In this document: piece after piece, positions 56,875 to 64,000 of the stretch
Layout of the letters: the number at the start of each line of letters is the position of its first letter
Numbering within the stretch: the first letter of the stretch is position 1
Origin: Desulfobaccales bacterium
GTDB taxonomy: Bacteria; Desulfobacterota; Desulfobaccia; Desulfobaccales; 0-14-0-80-60-11
DNA length: 64,000 nt
Assembly (NCBI GenBank): GCA_037481655.1
Contig: JBBFLF010000001.1
Location: forward strand, 127,052-191,051
Direction of reading: 5' to 3'
Program-made: the position numbers and the translations under genes
Notes under the pieces: generated by a model
The model's input: the letters and a program-made list of their open reading frames with translations, nothing else
Databases searched by the model: none
What the model was told of the DNA's origin: nothing

Positions 56875-57234
56875 TTATCGGTAGATCACAGGCAGTGCGT
56901 CAAATCCGGCCCCATCCGGCACCTCCTCGATGATGCCGAGGTGCTGCGCCACCATCAGGACCTGGCGGTAGCAGTAATCCATGAAATCGGCGCCCTCCAC
57001 GGCGGTGATGTGCTCGGTCTCCACCAGCCGACGGACGTAGGGGTAGAGCCACTCGTCAATCTCGGCGTGGAACTCCCGCACCAGGAAGAGCCACTCCCGG
57101 CCGCCCCCGGGGGGCGCCTGGCGGAGGAAGTCCTCCCGCCAGAGGCCCACCCGGCGACGCAGGTGATCCAGCTCTTCCGCCCCGTGTTGGCGGACGATTT
57201 CCGGATCCAGATCAGGCTTTCTGCTCGAAAGCAT
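56875..57234 (-). CDS. Operon gene 5: hypothetical helical protein (119 aa)
   Basis: Overlaps gene 4 by 23 nt and has a TAA stop 14 nt before the start of gene 6. No family recognised. Confidence 0.5.
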   Translation of the reverse strand: MLSSRKPDLDPEIVRQHGAEELDHLRRRVGLWREDFLRQAPPGGGREWLFLVREFHAEIDEWLYPYVRRLVETEHITAVEGADFMDYCYRQVLMVAQHLGIIEEVPDGAGFDALPVIYR

Positions 57235-57451
57235 AGCACTTCTTGATGACGTCGTTTTCGTGGATGCACCAGTAATGGGGCCAATGGATCTTCTTGCACC
57301 AGCCGATGATGTCAGCGGGCGGGAAGCCGGAGCCCTTGAGCACCCATTTCAGGTACTTGCACTGCCAGCAGATATGGTCGGTCTTCTTTTCCGGCGTCAG
57401 CACATGCGCCAGAAATTCCACCGGGGTCATCTTTTGGGTATGGCCACTCAT
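57212..57451 (-). CDS. Operon gene 4: small Cys/Trp/His-rich protein (79 aa)
   Basis: GGGGAGGAG RBS. DHICWQCKYLKW...GWCKKIHWPHYWCIHEN...KKCY (5 Cys including CxxC; 5 Trp). No family recognised. Confidence 0.55.
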   Translation of the reverse strand: MSGHTQKMTPVEFLAHVLTPEKKTDHICWQCKYLKWVLKGSGFPPADIIGWCKKIHWPHYWCIHENDVIKKCYAFEQKA

Positions 57452-57466
57452 GCGTCGCTCCTCCCC

Positions 57467-57964
57467 TTACCAGTCCTTGACTTCGCCTTTGCGGATCTTC
57501 TCCTGATATTCTTCCCAGACCTCAGGAGAGAGCTTCTCGATGTCCCAGAAGTAGCCCTGGGAGCCGGCGACGCCGGCGGACGGCGGCTGCGGCCGCCAGC
57601 CCCGCACCGGCCGTCCCCGGATGCTGAACTTCACCATGTCCGCCTTGCCCAGGTAGATGTGGCGCGGCAGGCAGGTGTAGGGCCGGGTGCGGCCCTCAAT
57701 CCCGGGGAGATAGTTGAAGTAGCCGTTGTTGGGCTGGTCCGCATACAGGGGGTAGATGTCCGGCTTTTCGCCCGGCTTTTCATCCGGGCCGGCGTACATG
57801 TGCCCCTGGATCATGTGGATGTAGTACACCGTGCCGCAGTGGGCACAGGCCACCTTGCCTTCCCAGTTCCAGAAGCAGTAGGGGTCGAGGTAGTTGACGG
57901 TGTCGCAGATCTTCCCGTCACCCATGTCCTTTTTGCACCAGATGATGTCACACATGCGCCTCAC
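57467..57964 (-). CDS. Operon gene 3: Cys-rich (zinc-ribbon-like N-terminus) protein (165 aa)
   Basis: MCDIIWCKKDMGDGKICDTVNYLDPYCFWNWEGKVACAHCG: six Cys in the first 44 residues including CAHC. Start at GTG 57964 or ATG 57955. No family recognised. Confidence 0.6.
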   Translation of the reverse strand: MRRMCDIIWCKKDMGDGKICDTVNYLDPYCFWNWEGKVACAHCGTVYYIHMIQGHMYAGPDEKPGEKPDIYPLYADQPNNGYFNYLPGIEGRTRPYTCLPRHIYLGKADMVKFSIRGRPVRGWRPQPPSAGVAGSQGYFWDIEKLSPEVWEEYQEKIRKGEVKDW

Positions 57965-57972
57965 CCCCCTGC

Positions 57973-59403
57973 CTAGATGATGTTCTTGTCGTAGAGTTCC
58001 TGGATCTTGCTCATCGGGTAACCCAGGAGTTCATGATAGATCTTGACGTTGTCCGCGCCCACCGGCCGCCACAGCCAGCGATGCCGCCTGGGGGTCTTGG
58101 ACATCAGACCGCAGCTGTAAGCGCTGTGCACCAGGACGTCGCCGAAGAGCGGGTCGTCGTTCCAGCGCACCGTGCCCCGCAGCCGGTAATGCTCGCACTC
58201 ATAGACCTCCCGGTCGTTCATCACCGGCGCCGCCAACAGTCCGGCCTCCTTCAGGATGCGCACCACCTCGGAGCGGGTCTTGTCCGCCGCCCAGTCCTCG
58301 ATGGCCTTGTAGATCTCGATCTGGGCCGGGGCGCCGACGCGCTCCTTGTGGGTCTTGTAACGGCTGAAGAGGTCCGGCTTCTTGATGATGTTGCACAGTT
58401 CCTGGAAGTCAGCATCCTGGAAAGCGCTCACCATCACGTAGCGGGCCTCGAAGCGGTCCTGCGGATTCTGCGCATCCGGGAAGTCGCTCTTGCCGGTCAT
58501 GATGATGCCGTGCACGCAGAGCTGGGTGTCCCAGTTGCCCCAGCGCTGGCGGACGATGCCGAAGCGGCCGTACAGCGGTGCGGCATAGCCGCAGCAGCGG
58601 GTGGCCGCCTGCACCTGGGAGAACTCGATCATGGTGCCCAGACCGGTCTTGCCCCGCCAGTACATGGCCGCCAGGATGGCCACAGTGATCTGGGTGCCGG
58701 AATACCAGTCAATCACCCAGTTGGTAGCCTTGGTGGCGTGGCCGCCCATGTCCTCATGGCAACCGGTGATGCTGGCCAGCCCGGCGTGGGCCTGCCCCAG
58801 GATGTCATAGGAGCCGCCGAAAATCTTGGGGCCGTAGCCGAAACCGCCGCCCCAGACATAGATGAAGCGGGGGTTGATCTCCATGACGTGGCGATAGCCC
58901 TGCTTCCAGCGGTCGAAGGTGCCGTGGCGGTAGCACTCGGTGAGGCCGTCGCTCATCTTCACCAGGTTGTAGAAGATGGGCTTGGCTTCCGGCACGTGGT
59001 AGTCCAGGGTGATGAAGTACTCGTTGCTGTTGGCGTTGGTGAAGCCCAGGCCCGTCCCGGTCATGGGCCGGGTGTCATGCAGCGGGTAGAGATAGGCCTC
59101 GTTGAAGGGGGAGGTGTGGCGCATGGGGTCGCCCATGCGGGGCATCTCGATCTTGATGCATTCCGCCCCCAGCTCCGCCAGGTTGGCCACCGAATGGGGG
59201 GTGAAGATGTACATGGTGGTGGACATCCAGCGGACACCCTTCAGGGCCTCGGGCTTGACGAATTCGTTGCCCACATCGAAGACCCGCTTGCAGTAGTCCT
59301 CGAAGGGCATCTTCATCTCTTCGAGCTCTTCCTTGCTCTTGGGGCCCGGAAGTTCCTCGAAGTCACACACCTTCAGCTTCTGGATTTCTTTTTCCCAATC
59401 CAT
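57973..59403 (-). CDS. Operon gene 2: family-III CoA-transferase-like subunit (beta; catalytic Asp retained)
   Basis: [77 protein letters not shown] aligns with remembered Frc ...[27 protein letters not shown] (Asp169). ~50-aa N-terminal extension. TAAATG junction with gene 1. Confidence 0.8.
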   Translation of the reverse strand: MDWEKEIQKLKVCDFEELPGPKSKEELEEMKMPFEDYCKRVFDVGNEFVKPEALKGVRWMSTTMYIFTPHSVANLAELGAECIKIEMPRMGDPMRHTSPFNEAYLYPLHDTRPMTGTGLGFTNANSNEYFITLDYHVPEAKPIFYNLVKMSDGLTECYRHGTFDRWKQGYRHVMEINPRFIYVWGGGFGYGPKIFGGSYDILGQAHAGLASITGCHEDMGGHATKATNWVIDWYSGTQITVAILAAMYWRGKTGLGTMIEFSQVQAATRCCGYAAPLYGRFGIVRQRWGNWDTQLCVHGIIMTGKSDFPDAQNPQDRFEARYVMVSAFQDADFQELCNIIKKPDLFSRYKTHKERVGAPAQIEIYKAIEDWAADKTRSEVVRILKEAGLLAAPVMNDREVYECEHYRLRGTVRWNDDPLFGDVLVHSAYSCGLMSKTPRRHRWLWRPVGADNVKIYHELLGYPMSKIQELYDKNII

Positions 59404-60900
59404 TTAGATTACCCCCTTCGCCTTGAGTTCCCGGAGCTTCATGGGGCCGTAACCCAGGTATCTCTTGTAGATCTCGCCGTTGTCGAAGCCCAGGGGCCGC
59501 CCCAGATCCTTCACCCGGGCCGGGGTGCGATGCTGGAAGGCGCCGCAGGACTCGGAGTACATCACCGTGCCGTAGAACTGGGTCTCAATGGTGTTGACCC
59601 ACGGGCGATACTTGAAGTGCGGGAACTCCGCCACTTCGTCGATATAGAGGACCGGGCCGGCGGCGATTTCGTATTCCATCAGCTTCTGCTCGGCCTCGAT
59701 GCGGTTGATGTCCCGCAGCCACTTGGTGGTCACGGTGTAGGTCTTGATGAGGGCCTGCAGGGCGTTCCGGGCGGCCATCTCTTTCAGGAGCGGGTCTTCG
59801 TGGATGAGCCGGCCGAACAGCGGCAGGTCCCGCTCAATGCACATGCCGATGCGGTACCAGAGCCGGTCGGTCTGGCCACCGATCATCATGTAGCCGTCTT
59901 TGCAGGGGTTCCACTCATACTGGTTGAGGTTGGGGTCCCAGGCGCCGGTTCTGGCCTTGATGGAGGCGTTGAAGCCGTACCAGGTGATGTCGAAGTCCAG
60001 GATGTCCATGAGGGACTCAGCCGCGGTCACCTCAATGAACTGGCCTTCGCCGCCGCCGTTGAAGTCCCGCCAGTAGAGGGCCGCCAGGATGCTGGTCGCG
60101 GCCTGCTCGCCGGCCACATAGGAGGGCAGCCAGGCACCGGAGCGCATGGGGTCGCCGCCTTTGCCGCCCCGAGGGCACTGGTCAGGCGGGAAGCCGGTGT
60201 TGTGCACCCAGGAGTTGGCGCAGGCGGAGAAGGGATCCAGCATCCACTGCCCGAACTTGGACATCTCGTCCTTCATGGGGCCCCACTGGCCGCGCTCGCC
60301 CACCCAGCAATAGACCAGCTTGGGGTTGAGCTTGGAGAGCTGGCGGTAGCCGATGCCCAAGGAGTCCATATAGCCCGGCGGCCAGGACTCGATGATGACG
60401 TCCACCAGCATGGCCAGTTTCTTGTAGATCTCCCGGCCCTCGGGGGTCTCCAGGTTCAGGGTGATGGAGTAAGCGTTGCGGAACTCATGGAGAAAATCCA
60501 GGCCGCAGGGCTCGCCGGTGACATTGTCCTTCAGCATATACTCTTCCCGGCCGAAGGGAGTGAGCTGGCGCAGCGGGTCACCGGTGGGGGGCTCGATGTG
60601 GATGGCCTCGGCACCCTGTTCGCTCAACAGGCTGGTGGCGAACATGCGGCTGATGTGCCAGATGCCGTTGCACAGCACCCTGAGGCCCTGGAGGGCTTCC
60701 GGCTTTTCGAAAACGTAGTCCAGGCGCAGGTTGTCTTCCAGAAATTTCCCGAATTCCCCCGCCTTCCGTTTCTCATAGACCTTCATGCATTCTTCGGGGG
60801 AAGGCGGCGGGGTGACGGGCCAGGGACGGACGTCCGGCCCCATCAACGGCAGGGTGTCAGCCCGACTGTTGATTTCGATTTCCCTTCTTTCTTTCGCCAT
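59404..60900 (-). CDS. Operon gene 1: family-III CoA-transferase-like subunit (alpha; Ser at the catalytic Asp position)
   Basis: ATG 60900, 7 nt after [62 protein letters not shown] (Ser where Frc has Asp169). ~70-aa N-terminal extension paralogous to that of gene 2 (..KPEAL.G.R). Confidence 0.8.
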   Translation of the reverse strand: MAKERREIEINSRADTLPLMGPDVRPWPVTPPPSPEECMKVYEKRKAGEFGKFLEDNLRLDYVFEKPEALQGLRVLCNGIWHISRMFATSLLSEQGAEAIHIEPPTGDPLRQLTPFGREEYMLKDNVTGEPCGLDFLHEFRNAYSITLNLETPEGREIYKKLAMLVDVIIESWPPGYMDSLGIGYRQLSKLNPKLVYCWVGERGQWGPMKDEMSKFGQWMLDPFSACANSWVHNTGFPPDQCPRGGKGGDPMRSGAWLPSYVAGEQAATSILAALYWRDFNGGGEGQFIEVTAAESLMDILDFDITWYGFNASIKARTGAWDPNLNQYEWNPCKDGYMMIGGQTDRLWYRIGMCIERDLPLFGRLIHEDPLLKEMAARNALQALIKTYTVTTKWLRDINRIEAEQKLMEYEIAAGPVLYIDEVAEFPHFKYRPWVNTIETQFYGTVMYSESCGAFQHRTPARVKDLGRPLGFDNGEIYKRYLGYGPMKLRELKAKGVI

Positions 60901-61173
60901 GTTTCGGCCTCCCATTCAGCAAGTGGTTCGTCCAGGAGTGATGCAGGAGATGCCTACGGTTACGGCACGAAAGGCTGGCGGCCACGAAGCTCACATCAGC
61001 CTTCCCGGTTGAAGGTTGTCTGCCGGCGTCCCGTCTCCGGGCCGTCCGGAGCGGGGGGAAAACGCCTTGCTTCACCTCCTTTCGCCCGAGTTAGTGAGGA
61101 TGATCGATGTGCGAGGTCGGGGTGGAAAGCCCGAGGCCCCACCGTCGGGCCTTCCTGCCCTCCCTCTTCCGTT

Positions 61174-61188
61174 ACAAAATCCCTGCCA
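61174..61188 (-). promoter_or_regulatory. Candidate sigma54 promoter A for the operon
   Basis: Minus strand reads CTGGCAGGGATTTTGTA versus the consensus YTGGCACGrNNNTTGCW. Spacing is correct, with two mismatches including the -12 C. It lies ~275 nt upstream of ATG 60900. Confidence 0.3.
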
Positions 61189-61321
61189 GGTGTCTCAGGC
61201 CTCCGGCCCGCCGGAGATTTTCCTTAAGAATTTCTGCCCTCTGGCCGATTAATATTTTTTGTCACCCGTCCCAGGTGAGGAAGGCGCCCTGAAGAGAGTG
61301 TCCAAAAAACCTGCTTCTACA

Positions 61322-61337
61322 AAGCCACAAATAATTT
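61322..61337 (-). promoter_or_regulatory. Candidate sigma54 promoter B for the operon
   Basis: Minus strand reads TGGCTTTGTAGAAGCA: GG and GC are at canonical spacing but the flanks are poor. It lies only 13 nt after the activator stop. Confidence 0.25.
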
Positions 61338-61349
61338 TTTTCCCTTATA

Positions 61350-63737
<2,388 letters not shown>

Positions 63738-64000
63738 CCGCCGCTCCTTTGGGAGGTCAAGGGGATGTGAGCCTACCTTCGGATCAGGACAGGTCCCGGG
63801 AGTCATTCAGGGTGGCGGGAAGGTGATCTCAGGCTTCATGGACAGACCGTAGTTCCATTTAAGGGGCTTCCAGAAGCCCTGTCAAGCCAATAAGGAAAAG
63901 GGCGGAATTTTTCTGGGTCGGATATTGGACGGTTATGGATAAGAATTTGAACCGGCCGCCCTTCGGGCCCAGGGCGGCCGGTCAGCGGGAAAAAGGCTTA

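Noticed and set aside
60918-60940. Minus-strand CTGGACGAACCACTTGCT as a sigma54 promoter
   Set aside because: The GG-to-GC spacing is one nucleotide too long. The site also sits only about 20 nt from the start codon, overlapping the RBS region.
58033-61227. 1064-aa plus-strand ORF, the longest in the track
   Set aside because: It runs antisense to the two well-supported CoA-transferase-like genes. The translation is low-complexity (G/A/V/H/L/P/D runs) with no motifs, which is a typical high-GC shadow ORF.
63951-63982. Perfect 11-bp hairpin ACCGGCCGCCC...GGGCGGCCGGT near the window end
   Set aside because: No gene end within the window is associated with it, and the T-tract on either strand is weak. 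It may terminate a gene beyond coordinate 64000, so it is left uncalled.

Overview
This is a high-GC bacterial chromosomal window (mid-60s % by eye), densely coded on both strands. The gene content looks like an anaerobic, sigma54-rich, deltaproteobacterium/Thermodesulfobacteriota-like organism, but that is inference only. All family calls come from motif recognition by eye; no searches were run.

Recognisable blocks, in order:
- zinc-ribbon protein, RNase H and RNase P RNA
- an L-Ara4N lipid A block (arnC, arnA split into two genes, arnD)
- ispD and ispF
- ddl, a serine hydrolase and mpl
- a short GlgE-like GH13 gene translationally coupled to an orphan proteasome-beta-like Ntn hydrolase
- a co-directional futalosine-pathway menaquinone supercluster: UbiA/UbiX/UbiD-type genes, mqnA, a cog0402-type deaminase, and two radical-SAM genes, one fused to an MTAP-like nucleoside phosphorylase
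- TetR, an amphi-Trp/XXXCH-like protein, a ferredoxin and an aldehyde:ferredoxin oxidoreductase
- housekeeping genes: rlmH, methylmalonyl-CoA epimerase, M20 hydrolase, cvpA, mazG, uvrA, gmk, remA, yicC, a hypA-like gene, queE and queC
- three sensor kinases and two sigma54 activators
- rex beside an F0-only atpZ-atpI-atpB-atpE block

Most unusual observations:
1. A lower-GC six-gene operon (56426-60900) sits directly downstream of a PAS/GAF sigma54 activator. It encodes two paralogous family-III CoA-transferase-like subunits, only one of which keeps the catalytic Asp, plus four small Cys/Trp-rich or unassignable proteins. This is my best candidate for an undescribed enzyme system.
2. A two-repeat, one-spacer CRISPR-like mini-array has an AT-rich, G-free spacer. 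It lies inside a small promoter-to-terminator unit with a HicB-like ORF.
3. The radical-SAM / nucleoside-phosphorylase fusion in the futalosine cluster.
4. A dispersed family of G-tract/C-tract palindromic elements with a TTAA core. In one case two half-elements flank a whole gene.
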